Assembly (NCBI GenBank): GCA_964016885.1
Contig: OZ024748.1
Coordinates: 45,942,001 to 46,006,000, forward strand
Length of the DNA: 64,000 nucleotides
Source: Eledone cirrhosa
Taxonomy: Eukaryota
Direction of reading: 5' to 3'
The position numbers and the translations under genes were made by a program. The notes below the pieces were generated by a model. That model saw only the letters and a list, made by a program, of their open reading frames with translations, was not told the DNA's origin and did not search any database. Shown in pieces: positions 15,665 through 30,912 of this stretch. Numbering within the stretch: the stretch's first letter is position 1; each line of letters begins with the position of its first letter.

Positions 15665-15732
15665 CATATGTCCCAAGGCTCTGATACCATCAACACTATA
15701 AACACAGAGCTGGCATATCTAAGAACTGACTA

Positions 15733-15788
15733 ACTGCCTGATGAGGTAATAGCCATTCAATGGCTATCATCGAAATATATATAGCAGT
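15733..15788 (+). ncRNA. Type I hammerhead
   Basis: actgc CTGATGA ggta atagcca ttcaa tggctat catc GAAA tatata TA gcagt. Confidence 0.85.
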
Positions 15789-16240
15789 AAATAAAGGATT
15801 ATGAGTTCATGCAATTGACTTATGTTTCGTCACTATATATATATGAACTCGTGGAGTCAGTAATAGTCACACTTTGGATTAGCAGTTGAGCAAAAACCTG
15901 TTGATAAAGTGGCTTCCTTGTTCAATCATCTTACTAGAAGCCTAACATTTTTTATGTAAGCGGACAGTACTTGATTTAGGAGTCGCAGAAACCCAAATAC
16001 TGGATTTTACCAACCTTCCAGGGGTCCGGGTAAATTTTCAATCACATATATTTTTTATTGTTTGACCCGAATTACTTGGTCGTTTCTTTGGCTGTGCGGA
16101 TGTTTTGTTTAACCATCATCTCAGTGTGTTTGGCCTTTAACGTATGTTGTAGCTCTGATTCATCTGAATCATCGAGCGCTTGCCACACATCTCGGAAGTT
16201 GTTTTTCGTTAATTCCTAAGCCGAAGTACGATTCTCGCTA

Positions 16241-16278
<38 letters not shown>

Positions 16279-16542
16279 ACATGTCTATAAAATGACAAGA
16301 TAAAATATATACCATTTTCTCTCCAAATTAGCATAATTAACTATATAAAAAATTGAATAGACCAGGCTATAAGAATGAGGCTTCTATGAAGAAATCTCCA
16401 ACAAATAACTGAAACTAGCCCTTCGTGTCGGCCGCAACGGAATATTTATCGAATATTTCGACAGCGTAATCGCCCAGATATACAGTCAATTAAACAGAAT
16501 TAGGTGTAAAATAAACTAGGAGAAAATAGAATACATTTAAAT

Positions 16543-16629
16543 ACCTCTACCATGGTTTCGTCCGCATTTTGAGATTTCCAATAATTATGTAATAATTATG
16601 TCACTCGAGCACCGGATTCATCAGAAAGT
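16543..16629 (-). ncRNA. Type I hammerhead (flank related to the 10155-10863 family)
   Basis: acttt CTGATGA a tccg...cgga c GAAA ccatgg TA gaggt. Confidence 0.78.
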
Positions 16630-16921
16630 TTGCTCTGATCTAGACACTAAAATTTTCCAAAGTGCTAGCGCCAAGAATTCATTCAAAATGGCTATGAATC
16701 GAGACGTAGTCGCGGTCAGGTTGGAATGGGTGTGGTAGTTGCTTACGGCTGGTGGCTTTTTTTGCTAGAAAGCACAGCACAATACAGCCAAATTTGTATC
16801 TCAACCTAATGGGAGATTATTGCATATAAAAGTTTACATATATATATACATATATATACATATACGTGTTTTGCAACGGGTCACATTGTGGCTCAATGAA
16901 CATTTAATAAATTAAATAATT

Positions 16922-16972
<51 letters not shown>

Positions 16973-17260
16973 GGGCAAATGGAATGAGGTCAAATAAATG
17001 AAAACGGATACGAAGTTTCAAAAAAATTATTTTATTCAACAAAATATATATATATAATCTAGAAGTGCAAATATCTCACATATTTTACCAATTAATGTCA
17101 GATGTATTGGGAAATATTCACAAGTTCATAAGTTGTGTTGCCCACACACATATTTAATACTAATTTACGAGATTCAGAATAATTTAACCATGCGGTGTTT
17201 CTCACGACTAAAGGCAAAATATATGTAAGTTTTTGTATATGAGGTAAGTATATATATATA

Positions 17261-17304
<44 letters not shown>

Positions 17305-17461
17305 CACATATACATATAGTGTATGTTAATCAGTGGTGGCGGTATCAAAATGACCACTGAATGCACAAGGTGAGTCTATATAAGTATATATGTATATATT
17401 CTTATACACATATATATATATATATACATATATATACACATATATAGATATATATTTATAT

Positions 17462-17495
<34 letters not shown>

Positions 17496-17527
17496 ACATA
17501 TACACATATATAGATATATATTTATAT

Positions 17528-17568
<41 letters not shown>

Positions 17569-17645
17569 CATTTACATATATATACATATATATATACATA
17601 TATATACATACATTTACATATATATACATATATATATATATATAC

Positions 17646-17686
<41 letters not shown>

Positions 17687-17723
17687 TATATACATATATA
17701 TATATATATACATATATATATAC

Positions 17724-17768
<45 letters not shown>

Positions 17769-19516
17769 TATATACATATATATATACATATATATACATA
17801 TATATATATACTTATATATACATATATAGACACATACATATATATGCACATATACATATATATACATTCAAACATGCCTATTTGCATTGGTGTATCTGGA
17901 TTTGTATGTGTGAGTCTGTATGTTTGTGAGTATGTGGTAGTATTGCACATATTTTGTAAATGCCGCTATTGGATTTTAATTTTTTAATTTAGCAATTACG
18001 TGATCTTATTGATCAGGCGTTACATCTAAAAAGACCTGAAACCGCGCACAAAAAAAATTGGTTTTTACATTATTCAATCTCATTAAACATGGCAAATATG
18101 TTAATATATGCACTCTAGGATGCACCGATATAATACATTACCACCACCCACCCAGCCCTAAACATACTTGCGTGCAAATTTCATACTTGTTTTTTTTTTT
18201 TTCGTTTCTTTTTTTCTTTTTTTTTTCTTTTTTTGCACGCAATTTAAAATTTGAAATGTCTGAGTTTTTTATTCCTGTTTGAATGTAAGTTTCGGATTTA
18301 CAATCAGTTTCACAATATTTGTAAATTTCACTAAATTTGAAGAGTATTACATACAAAATATATTGATTCAATAGATATTATTATTATTATTACTATTATT
18401 ATTATTATTTTATTATTATTATTATTTTCATATTTGTACGCACTTTTTATAACTTTAAAATTACCTCTACCCTTAAGAAAAAAAATATATATTTCAAACA
18501 GAATATTTGTTTATGAAACGTATTTTGAGTAACAATACGTAATATTTATATTATATAATTATGATATTAAGAATAATGCGTCATAATGAAACTACTTTAT
18601 TTAGGCATAGAGCCACCAATATCAGCGGTGGTGTGGGATAGGAGATTAAATCGACACCAATAAATAAGTGGTAATTTGTTTTTCGAACCGGAAAGCCAAA
18701 CGTCGTTGGCTATGATTTCAACCTAGACCGTAGTGAGTTGAATCAAACATCTTAAAGCATATTGTTCGATCCTTTATCTATTCTGCAGATCCATCATCCA
18801 GATAAGATTACGTAATAATAGTATTTATTATTGTAAGGCTACGCGGCCTGTTTGTTAATTTATTGGACTCTTTTTCGTAATCTCTTGTGTTCGATTCTGA
18901 GAAAGGATTCGTCGTTACGACTTTAAGGAAAACACGTCATTTTATGTTAAGAGCAGCTAATGGGTGTAAGCCATCTCACACAAAGATTGGTGTTCCTTCA
19001 AATGAGGAGAGTCTTCTATTTTCAGTTGCTTAATGCCAGGGAAACCGGGATAAGTTCCAGCTTCGTGGGCCTCTACGCAAAGAAAAACTCTGATGAAATG
19101 TTTTACCGAACGTTGGAATTACGAATGAGTGTAATCGAAAATTTGAATCAATCAATATTATGCCGATTGCATATTAATCGACCCAAAAAGCTTGATGTTG
19201 CAAGTTACATAGGGATATATATGAAAAAAAAAGATTAATAAAATAAAATACTGAGACAGTTATAATACATATATTATACATATATATATATATATAAATA
19301 TATATGTTATTAAACAAATATATAATTATACATATATATATATATATATACATATATATAATTATACATCTATATATATATACATATATATAATTATATA
19401 TCTATATATATATACACACATATATATATATAGATACATATATATACATACATTTATATATACATATATATATACATATATATATACATACATTTATATA
19501 TACATATATATATACA

Positions 19517-19555
<39 letters not shown>

Positions 19556-19843
19556 TTATACATATATATACACATATATATATATACATACATATATATA
19601 TTTATACATATATATACACATATATATATACACATATATATATATATGTACATACATATATATACATATATATATATACACATATATATATATATGTACA
19701 TACATATATATATATATACATACATATATATATATATACATACATATATATATATATACATATATACATATATATATATACATATGTATATATTTATATA
19801 CATATATATACATATACATATGTATATATTTATATGCATATAT

Positions 19844-19875
<32 letters not shown>

Positions 19876-19935
19876 ATATACATATATATACATATATATA
19901 CATACATACATATTTATATACATATATATACATAT

Positions 19936-19966
<31 letters not shown>

Positions 19967-20283
19967 CATATGTATATATTTATATACATATATATACATA
20001 TATATATACACACATATATATATATGTACATACATATATATATATACATATATACATATTTATATACATATATATATATATACATATATATATATTTATA
20101 TACATATATATATATATACATATATATATACACATACATATATATATACATACATATATATATACATACATATATATATACATACATACATATATAAATA
20201 CATATATATACATATATACATATATATACATATATATATATATACATATATATATATACATATATATATATACATATATATAC

Positions 20284-20314
<31 letters not shown>

Positions 20315-20666
20315 CATATATACATATATATATATATATAACGAAGGAAATATGGTAAGGAACCAGGTGCACCATAACGCACCAATTACTTAATACTTAG
20401 GGTAGTAGAGTGGGTAATAGGAACGAGTAGGACCCCGACGGCTGAACTCAAGCCGTTTGGACGGCTAATTCTTGGCTAAATCTTTATATATATATATATA
20501 TATACATTTATATATATATATATATATATATAAATATATATGTATATACATATGTATATATACATATATATATATATTTATATATACATATGTATATGTA
20601 AATGATTTAGTCCAGAATTAGCCGTCGGGGTCCTACTCGTTCCTATATATATATATATATGTTTAC

Positions 20667-20716
<50 letters not shown>

Positions 20717-20720
20717 TTAA

Positions 20721-20751
<31 letters not shown>

Positions 20752-21152
20752 CATACATACATACATAGGAAGTTTTCAAAGATAATCACCAAACATTAAT
20801 AATTGGATAATAGACAGCAAATTAACAAAATAGGATATAATATAATTGTTTCTACTTTAGGCACAAGGCCAGCAATTATCCAGTGCATTACTGGTACTTT
20901 ATTTTATCGACCCCGTAAGGATGAAAGGCAAAGTCAACCTCGGCGGGATTTGAACTCAGATCGTAAAGGGACGTAACTATGCTGGAAAGCATGGCGTCCG
21001 ACCCTCTACCGATACTGCCAATCCACCGCCCTATATAATATAGGATATAATATAATCGAGGACAAAAAGAAATAACATAACATTCGTATATATATATATA
21101 TATATATACATATGTATATATATGTATATATAAATATATATATATGCATATG

Positions 21153-21195
<43 letters not shown>

Positions 21196-21244
21196 GTATA
21201 TATATATATATAAATATATATATAACTAGGTTATTAATATAACT

Positions 21245-21320
<76 letters not shown>

Positions 21321-21428
21321 ATCATTTATTTCTTTCTTATTCGTGTAAGACTGCCAGCAGTCATGAAATATGTAAAAGTGAATGAGAATTTAAGCATATA
21401 TATATATATTTCTTTATATATATATGTA

Positions 21429-21508
<80 letters not shown>

Positions 21509-23689
21509 GTATATATTTTTTTATATATGTATATGTATGTGTTTACATATATATATATATTTATTTATTTATATATATGTATGTGTATAAATATTATATA
21601 TATTATATATATACACATTCGTTATCATTATAATTAGTTTCATTATCAATATTAAATGTTGTTGTAAATATGAGTATATGTATTTGTAAATTAATATTTC
21701 GTTGTTGTTCCTGTTGTTCTTGTTAGACGTAGATTGCACAAAATATATGATCTAATTTTCAATATAACATAATTTTTGTCCTGTATCATAAGAACATAAG
21801 TTACCCGTAAGATTCATTCACTAAGACTACTCGAAATGTTTTTCCATATTATGTTTCCGTGCCATTTGTATTTGTAAAAGGTGAATGTAAAGATATATAT
21901 GGATGAGAAAAAAACTAAGGTGCTATTTCATGTATTTCTGTATATATACTCTTGTAAAAAGATTATATTATACTGGAGGGGTTAATAATATGCAGTCGGC
22001 AATTACAACATTTACTGCTTAACTTCACATTGCGATTCAAAATACTTTATAAATAAGCTGTTGCTCAGATTGACCTTAAAATAATTAGATCCAAAACAAT
22101 ATATTATATTAAATAATTGTTTCTACTTTTGGCACAAGGCCAGCAATTATACCAGTGCATTACTGGTGCTTTATTTTATACACGCTGTAAGCATGAAAGG
22201 CAAAGTCAAAGAGCCATCTGTCTACGCTTGCAAAACATACTTCCTGACACGAAACACTTTAAAGTCATGTCGTGCTTGTAAATAATTCTTTAATTTGTTT
22301 ATAACAGAACAAAAGAGCGTAGAAAAAATAATCTCCTCATTGAGAAAGCGTTGATTCGCAAATGTGCATCTGTTGTCCGTGACGAACAAGGGTCGGCATT
22401 TACATGAGATTAATGAAAAAAAAAAAAATCAAAAATTTCGCCAACAAATAAAGGGTTCAGTTTTACATGAGTATATATATATAGCAGTTACATTTTCAAG
22501 ATTTTAAAAAGAAATTGTATATGTGACATAAACAATTATTTTTGTTTGTTTGTTTGTTTGTTAGTTGGTATCTTCTTTCTTTCAATTCTTGGTTTTTTTC
22601 TTCTGTTTGTCTTTTCTCATTCTTTTTTTTTATCCTTACACGAAATTTAGTCTTCGGAATGATATATCTTATTATCGGAAATAAATAGTGTGTTCATCAT
22701 TTTCTTCTTCTCATTCTGGAAAGAGTAGGAAAATAATTCAATCAACATTATTGATTTAGATTATGTTGTTGTAATAATAATTGTTTCTATTTTTGCCAGT
22801 GTATGACTGGTACTTTATATTATCCACTCCGTAAGAATGAAAGGCAAAGCTTACCTCGGTGGGATTTGAATTCAGATTGTAAAGCGCCATAACTCTATGC
22901 TGCTAAGCATGTTATCCGACGCTCTACCGGGTCTCACAATCCACTGATACTGTCAATAATAACAATTGTTTCTACTTTTGACACAAGGCCAGCAACTATC
23001 CAGTACATTACTGGTACTTTATTTTATCGTGCACCAGAAATGTACTGTCAATGATAATAATTGTTTCTACTATTGGCCCAAGGCCAGCAATTACCCAGTG
23101 TATTACTGGTACTTTATTTTATCGACTCCGTAAGGATGAAAGGCAAAGTTAACCTCGGCGGGATTTGAACTCAGTTTTCCCCAGCTCCACTTTGCAATTC
23201 TATTTGGAATGCTGAAAGTGACACCAGCTGTGATGGGGCATTAGGATTAATCCCATTGAAACTTCAAGACTTCTCAAAGCAACTGGGAATACTATAGAGG
23301 GTGGGTATTATATAAATGGTGGCTTTGCTATATATTCACGCATTTTGAGGAAAGTGTATGACTGGTACTTTATATTATTTACTCCGTAAGAATGAAAGGC
23401 AAAGCTTACCTCGGTGGGATTTGAATTCAGATTGTAAAGCGCCATGACTCTATGCTGCTAAGCATGTTATCCGACGCTCTACCCGGTCTCACAATCCACC
23501 GATACTGTCAATAATAACAATTGTTCTACCTTTGACACAAGGTCAGCAACAATCTCAGTACATTACTGGTACTTTATTTTATCGTGCACCAGTATCTGTC
23601 CGAGGTACTTGTTGCGACTTGACAGATGACTAAATACACTGGTGCACTTTCCATTTACACTGCATGGCAGAGAGATAATATTAACAGTA

Positions 23690-24116
23690 ATAATTGTTTC
23701 TACTTTTCGCACAAGGCCAGCAATTACCCAGTGCATTACTGGTACTTTATTTTATCGACCCCGTAAGGATGAAAGGCAAAGTCAACCTCAGCGGGATTTG
23801 AACTCAGATCATAAAGGGCCGTAACTATGCTGGAAAGAATGGCGTCCGACCCTCCACCGATACTGCCAATCCACCGCCCTTAATATTAACAGTAATAATA
23901 ATAATTATTATTACTATTTAACAGGCGGTGGATTGGCAGTATCGGTAGAGGGTTGGACGCCATTCTTTGACGCAAAGAGTTACGGCCCTTTCCATTCTGA
24001 GTTCAAATCCTGCCGAGGTTAACTTTGCCTTTCATCCTTACGGGTTGGATAAAATAAAGTACCAGTAATACACTGAGTAATTGCTGGCCTTGTGCGAAAA
24101 GTAGAAACAATTATTA
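23690..24116. mobile_element. Inverted pair of tRNA-derived SINEs (family also at ~20845, 22115, 22775-23175, 23350, 26790, 31110, 57590)
   Basis: A/B-box-like ggcggtggattggcag...gagttcaaatcc. Minus copy 23690-23880, plus copy 23923-24116. Confidence 0.85.
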
Positions 24117-24498
24117 CATTTTAATATTAAATAACTCTTACTATATTTTATTGACGGTAAGGAGGAATCTCCAGGTAGACAATTAAAAGAATGAAGACTA
24201 CATATATACGTATACATGTATAAATACACACATATAAACACACACACATATATATGTATATATATATAACACAAATACATCTAGACACACACGTGTACCC
24301 CTCCTCATCTATATCTATATATCTATGTATCTATACATATATATATGTAAAAGTTCTATTTAAATTGTTGGGATACAACAAGCAAATATTTTTATAACTG
24401 ATATAAAGCACTCAACAAATATTTGGAGAGCTTCCAACAGAAATGGTTGCATTCTTTAAGGGTATGTCAATATTTATTTATAAAACTGATCTATATTA

Positions 24499-24563
24499 TA
24501 TTTTATCTGATGAAAGTACACCATAATTTAACTTGGTGTCCTTGAAATATGTATAATGAAATA
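24499..24563 (+). ncRNA. Type I hammerhead
   Basis: tattttat CTGATGA aagt acacca ... tggtgt cctt GAAA tatgta TA atgaaata. Confidence 0.82.
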
Positions 24564-24813
24564 AATATGGTTTTATAAATATAGTTTCCATTTGTACATA
24601 TATATATATAAAGTACGTGAATTTGTATATCTAGCGATATACGGTATGTTTATAAATAAACATTATGAAAGACTTCAGCTACGAATTTGGAAACTGATGG
24701 CATAGCACCACTTAGCGGATTATAGCAGAAGTTAAGGATAGGTAACTAACGGGAATTATGTCATTGTAGCTCTCTCCCTCTAGTCGTTATCGCTAGATAT
24801 ACAAATTCACATA

Positions 24814-24845
<32 letters not shown>

Positions 24846-25316
24846 ATGGAAAACGAAAAATCAGTTATGCATCTAAACTCAATTTATTGTGTGTTACAAT
24901 TGTTTCCTCGGCGGACAGCTCGAGACGCGATCATGGTGTGGATCTGTTCTGATTCTGGGCCCGCAGGTTCGACGGACACGTCTAATGATTTCGGAGCTTC
25001 GGAGCATATGCTCCGAAATCATTACTCTGCTCTGTAAGAACATAGAGTGCTCAACCTATGGAAGCATCTTAGCTACCATCAGACACATATGTACATATAA
25101 ATATATATATCTATATACATACATATACATATATACATATATATAATATATATATGTATATATACAGAGAGTGAAACTTTGAGTTACTGTAGGTTCACCC
25201 GGGGGAGCACTCGCTGTTTAGGTTCACTTCAGTGTCCAGGTGTAGAGCTAGACAGAGTGTATTATAGTAATGATAATGGAAAAATGAATGAATTCATTTT
25301 TCCATTATCATTGTAA

Positions 25317-25404
25317 GGGGTCTGACGAACCACTGATTACAGAGTCGGGATAGATTGATACAGATTGAACCTTGTGGTGATCAGTGGCGAAACGCGCGTC
25401 ACCA
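25317..25404 (+). ncRNA. Type I hammerhead
   Basis: ggt CTGACGA a ccactgat ... atcagtgg c GAAA cgcgcg TC acc. Confidence 0.82.
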
Positions 25405-25589
25405 ACCAATAAACGTAATGAAGGAGTAACCAATCGTCCTTGTTATATTATTTAAACTATATATATATATCCACATCTCCTCCAAGATACACACAAAGAC
25501 ACTGATATTTATTATAATCATAGGTGATTTGACGATGCCTAAATTTCAGACGTTCTGGGAAAATAAAAAGGTGTTTCCTTACCATATAT

Positions 25590-25637
25590 TTATGTGTGAT
25601 AACTACTACTTGAAATTTCAGGTCTGTCTATATGGAA
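25590..25637 (-). CDS. Last coding exon (stop TAA)
   Basis: Strong acceptor ttctcttcttttccag, phase 0. FHIDRPEISSSSYHT*. A donor G|gtaagg lies 7 nt after the stop. Confidence 0.8.
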   Translation of the reverse strand, partial: FHIDRPEISSSSYHT

Positions 25638-26130
25638 CTGGAAAAGAAGAGAATGGAATGTTGATTAAGAAACAGTCATCACTTATATTTTTTGATATCT
25701 AAAATCCACGTAAAATGTCAGAGATGGTCAAAGACTGCACTGCCGACTTCCTCAGCAAAATCGAAAAGACTTCAATCCGTTTAAGGTAGACATGTTTATC
25801 TACATCCATTACATCCATTTCTGTTTAATAAATCAATATTTTTTTTTAACACGCTGATGCCTAGGTGCATATACATACATTTATATGTAGGAGTATATAT
25901 ACATATAAACGTACAAACACAAACCCACTGAGACATACATTCACATAAACACGCACATACACAGCCTAACAAATGGAACGCCATCCGCAATTTTGCTATA
26001 GTTTTTTCACCACCCCTGCCTTCTTTTTACACACAAGACTAGGACATTTTCAGGAAGCACTGATGATTTCTCACGAATGAAACTGTTCTAGTGCTGTAGA
26101 AGCTTTTCTACATTAAATATTTATACTCTG

Positions 26131-26249
<119 letters not shown>

Positions 26250-26314
26250 GTGCGTGTGTGCGTGCGTGTGTGTGTTTGTGTGTATGTATGTGTGTATGTA
26301 TATGTGTGTATATA

Positions 26315-26368
<54 letters not shown>

Positions 26369-26486
26369 TGTGTGTGTCATCAAAATTAGGCTAACTTTGA
26401 AATATTTATATTTAACGCTCCCATTTTGTGAATCATACAAATTACTTGTATGCTCTCTCATTGAATATGGAACAGTGAATACTTAC

Positions 26487-26575
26487 CACGTCAGTTTTGT
26501 TTATTTTATCTAATATGTGCTGCCATTTTGAATCTCCAAGCCCGTCTGTCACACTTTGATTGTACGTGGAACCAC
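26487..26575 (-). CDS. Cytoplasmic tail exon
   Basis: 89 nt, phase 1-0, acceptor attcttttgtag, donor gtaagt. [30 protein letters not shown]. Confidence 0.85.
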
Positions 26576-27061
26576 CTACAAAGAATATAAATATTAATAT
26601 ATGAATATGCACTCATGTTTGGTCTCATAACTCCTGATAGACGTAGGGAGACCGTTGCAGTATATGTCATTTCTAGGACATTTTAAAACTGCCATCACTT
26701 CTCCATGTCTGAATACAGGAGATTTCTACCAGAGAAGGATAGGCAGTGAGAGAAAGTGAAAAAAACGGTATAGAGGAAGAATCGACCGCAGTATTAGACT
26801 GGTACTTTTTTTTTACATAAATTATATGGATGAAAGGCAAAGTGGACCTCGGCGGTGTTTGAATTCAGAGAACAGAGCTTCGGAACGAATACTGCAAAGC
26901 ATTCAATCCGACATTCTAACGACTCTTCTATTCCGTCGGTTTATAAATGATATAAATGCTATAAATATTGCAATATGTTATACACACAAGACATTTCTAT
27001 TTATACAATCACACGCACATACATACTCATATATATATATTGTGTTGGCTTTTTCTGCCAT

Positions 27062-27118
<57 letters not shown>

Positions 27119-27217
27119 CACAAACATATGTATATGGTCTCTGGTTAATAGGTTAGTATTGCTAACATACATATTATTGATATTATTTTAACTATCTCTT
27201 GAAATAGCATGAAAAGA

Positions 27218-27263
<46 letters not shown>

Positions 27264-27475
27264 GATGTATACCAGGAGGTGACCACTTGTAGAAAAGGTG
27301 CTCCGTGTGATATCATTATAGGCATATTTATGTATTTGTATAGAAGTGACTTCTACAGGAATAGTGCTGTTTTATTTCATTAGAAATCATTCGGAAAATC
27401 CGAAAGATTGACAGTTGAATAGTTACATTAGGCCACAATTTGTTACAACCATTTATTATCGTTGCGTGCACTTAC

Positions 27476-27633
27476 TAGGTCCTGGAATGGGTTCCTCGCG
27501 CTGATCGGGACTGAATTCACCCCAGTTCCGGAGATATTTCGTAGCTAGGAAATTTCCAAATATTGGCTGTCTATATTTTCCCTTGCCTGACAACGTTGAA
27601 CTAAATGATCCAAAACTTTGATTGACGCGGTAA
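27476..27633 (-). CDS. Cytoplasmic tail exon
   Basis: 158 nt, phase 2-1, acceptor ttttttcag, donor gtaagt. YRVNQSFGSFSSTLSGKGKYRQPIFGNFLATKYLRNWGEFSPDQREEPIPGP. Confidence 0.85.
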
Positions 27634-27639
27634 CTGAAA

Positions 27640-27699
<60 letters not shown>

Positions 27700-27700
<1 letters not shown>

Positions 27701-29130
27701 TATGCAGTTTGGTATTGGTAAATGTGGAGTCATTGTGATGAAGAGGGGTAGGTTGAGCAGAAGTAACGGGATCCAGATACCAACAGGTGAGATGATAAAG
27801 GAAATTGACTCTGAGGAAGGATACAAGTATTTGGGCGTTCTGGAGGCTGATGGCATAAAGAACAAAAAAATGAAGGAATTGTTAAGAACTGAATACATTC
27901 GGAGAGTAAGGAGCGTATTGAAGTCACATCTGAACAGCAGAAATGCCATAAGCGCAGTAAATTCCCGAGCTGTGTCTATTATTAGGTACAGTGCGGGAAT
28001 TCTGAGATGGAATGTTGCTGAACAAAAAGAAATGGATAGGAAGACTAGGAAGCTATTGACTATCTACAACATGTTCCACAAGAGGAGTGATGTCGATAGA
28101 CTCTACCTAAGGAGATCTGAGGGTGGAAGAGGTCTTATCAGCATAGAGGACTGTGTTCAGATGGAGAAAAACAACCTATACAAATACGTGACCTATAGTA
28201 AGGAGCCAATGCTCAGAACTGTACTGAAGGAGGGGACAGTAGGCCAGGGGATGTCCAAGGAGGAAATAACATCAAGGAGGAAGAGCAGCCTTAAGGGAAA
28301 ATCCCTTCATAGTACCTTCTTTGAGAAAACTGAATTTAGAGATCCACAGACATGGAACTGGTTGAGAAGAGGAGACCTCAAAAAGGCTACAGAAGGAATG
28401 CTAATGGCTGCGCAGGAGCAGGCCCTCAAAACGAAGTGGTTGAAGCACCATATCTACAAGGAGGAGGCTAGCCCACTGTGCAGGATCTGTGGAGAGAGAG
28501 AGGAGACTGTGGCTCACATTGTGTCCGAGTGTAAACACCTAGCCCAGACCCACTATAAGGGCTGGAGACACGATGTGATGGGCAGGGTGATCCACTGGCA
28601 CCTGTGCAAAGTAAACAATTTACCACATTCTGAGAAATGGTATGAGCATAGGCCAGAGGCGGTGATGGAGAACAATCAGGTGAAGGTGCTGTGGGATTTT
28701 AGGATACAGACGGACAAAAAACTGGAACACAATAGACCTGACCTGGTGGTTGTGGACAAAGAAAAAAGATCGTGTCTGATTGTGGATGTGGCCTGCCCGT
28801 TCGACACGAGAGTGCAAGAGAAGGAGAGGGAGAAAATTAACCGATACCAGGACCTAAAGTGGGAGGTGAAAAGGATTTGGAACTGCCATGAAGTCAAAGT
28901 GATCCCGATTGTCATAGGCGCACTGGGGACTATCTCCAAAAGTTTCCAGGGATGGTTAAAGAAAATCGGCCCCTTCACGCTTTTTGGAACGCTTCAAAAG
29001 GCATGCTTGCTTGGAACAGCAAGAACCCTCCGATACGTCCTGAATATCTGAGGCTGCAGGTAGTGGCTTGATATTCAATCCAACGGACTTTCCAGTTAAC
29101 CAACATCAATGACTGAGATTCAAGGAATAA
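27700..29130 (+). mobile_element. 5'-truncated R4/Dong-clade non-LTR retrotransposon
   Basis: Uninterrupted 449-aa ORF with RT thumb (YKYLG), CCHC knuckle (CRICGEREETVAHIVSEC), RHD and PD..D..K restriction-like endonuclease (RPDLVVVDK..IVDVACP). Flanked by (TAA)n on both sides. Confidence 0.92.
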
Positions 29131-29161
29131 CAACAATAATAATAATAATAATAATAATAAT

Positions 29162-30441
29162 CCGTAGGCTCGATACAAAAATTCGAAAATTCTTAACCAT
29201 GCACAGAATGCATCACCCTAAGGCAGATACAGATAGAATATATCTCCCTAGGAAAGAAGGAGGACGTGGGTTAATCCAGTTAGACATTGCGTTGAAAACT
29301 GCAACAATTGGATTATCTACATATCTAAGGGAATCACATGATTGGATGATCAAACTCGTTTTGAAACACGAAAGCACCAAAAGATCATACTCCATTACAA
29401 AAGATGCACAAAGATACAGTAATGGACTACACATTTCAGAAGTCGCATTTACTGCTGAAATGGAAAACACAGAAAAAGCAAAGCAGGTAAAAGTAACTGC
29501 AAAGAAAGAACTGCTACAGAAACTGGCTAAGAAATGGCAAGAAAAGCCTCTGTATGGAAAATACCCAGAACGAGCTAACAATCTTGATGTTGACAAAACT
29601 TTAACCCATCAGTGGTTGGCATCCTCTGGACTGAAATCGGAGACTGAAGGACTGATTATATCAGCACAAGATCAGTGTCTGCCAACGAAAAATTACCAAG
29701 CCAACATAATAAAAAATGGATGCAGCCCATTATGCCGTGTATGTAAAAAACAACCAGAGACCATTGACCATATAATTTCAATGTGCAGTCCTATAGCTCC
29801 AACCGAATACCTAAACAGGCATGACAGAGCTGCACAATACATACATTGGATGATGTGTAAGCATTTTGACCTGCCCCATCAATAGAATTGGTGGGAGCAT
29901 CAACCACCTCCCATACTTGAAAAAGATCACATCTCAATCTTGTGGAACGTTAGCATCCAAACAGACCGAAAAATAGATGCAAATAGACCTGATATAATAT
30001 TGAAGGACTTTAAAAAGAGGGTATGCCTGCTAATTGATATGTCCGTTCCAATAGACAAGAATGTATCTATAAAAACATTTGAAAAATTGAGCATGTATAA
30101 GGACCTGGAGATAGAAATTGGAAAAATGTGGAAATTGAGAACTAAAACAATACCAGTGGTTGTAGGCGCTCTAGGAATGATACCTAAGGGGTCTAATGAT
30201 TACTTATCGCAAATCCCAGGAAACCCGCGTATAGGAGAAATTCAAAAGATAGTACTAATGGGAACTGCCCATATACTAAGGAAGATTCTGTCAATATAAG
30301 TACATCACAAGTCTAAACACTAAAGATGCATGTGTGAGTATGTATGTTCTTTCTTGAACATGGCGGACCTTGTTGTCTCTTGAGGTCACTGGTTGTGACT
30401 TGGTGATAACTCGTATGAACATAAAGCAAGATAAATGCAGC

Positions 30442-30445
<4 letters not shown>
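29162..30445 (+). mobile_element. Second R4/Dong-clade element, different family, one in-frame stop
   Basis: CRVCKKQPETIDHIISMC, RHD, RPDIILKD..IDMSVP. (TAA)n on both sides. Confidence 0.9.
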
Positions 30446-30511
<66 letters not shown>

Positions 30512-30513
<2 letters not shown>

Positions 30514-30826
30514 GGCTGGAGACATGATGTGATAGGCACCTATGCAAAGTAAACAATTTACCACATTCTGAGAAGTGCTTTGAGCATAAACCAGAGTCGG
30601 TGAAAGAAAACGATCAGGTGAAGGTCCTACGGGATTTTAGGATACAGACGGACAAGAAATTAGAACACAATAGGCCTGACCTGGTGGTTTTGAACAAGGA
30701 AAAACGATCGTGCCTGATTGTAAATGTAGCCTGCTCATTTGACACGAGAATGCAAGAAAAGGAGAGGGAGAAAATTAACCGATACCAGGACTTAAAGTGG
30801 GAGGTAAAAAGGATTTGGAACTGTGG
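30512..30826 (+). mobile_element. Third R4/Dong fragment, same family as 27700-29130
   Basis: Highly similar to about 28556-28886 (DFRIQTDKKLEHNRPDLVV). Starts right after (TAA)n. Confidence 0.88.
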
Positions 30827-30912
30827 ACCTCGTCAAATCGGACCAAGGAAACAATATTTCCATTGGTATCATATTCTGTCTTACAATGATATACAATTGA
30901 AAGAATACTTAC

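Noticed and set aside
22016-22074. Possible extra coding exon on the minus strand
   Set aside because: It lies after the inferred stop at 25590, so at most it is a 3'UTR exon start.
23923-24015. tRNA-like A/B boxes
   Set aside because: SINE heads with no complete cloverleaf.
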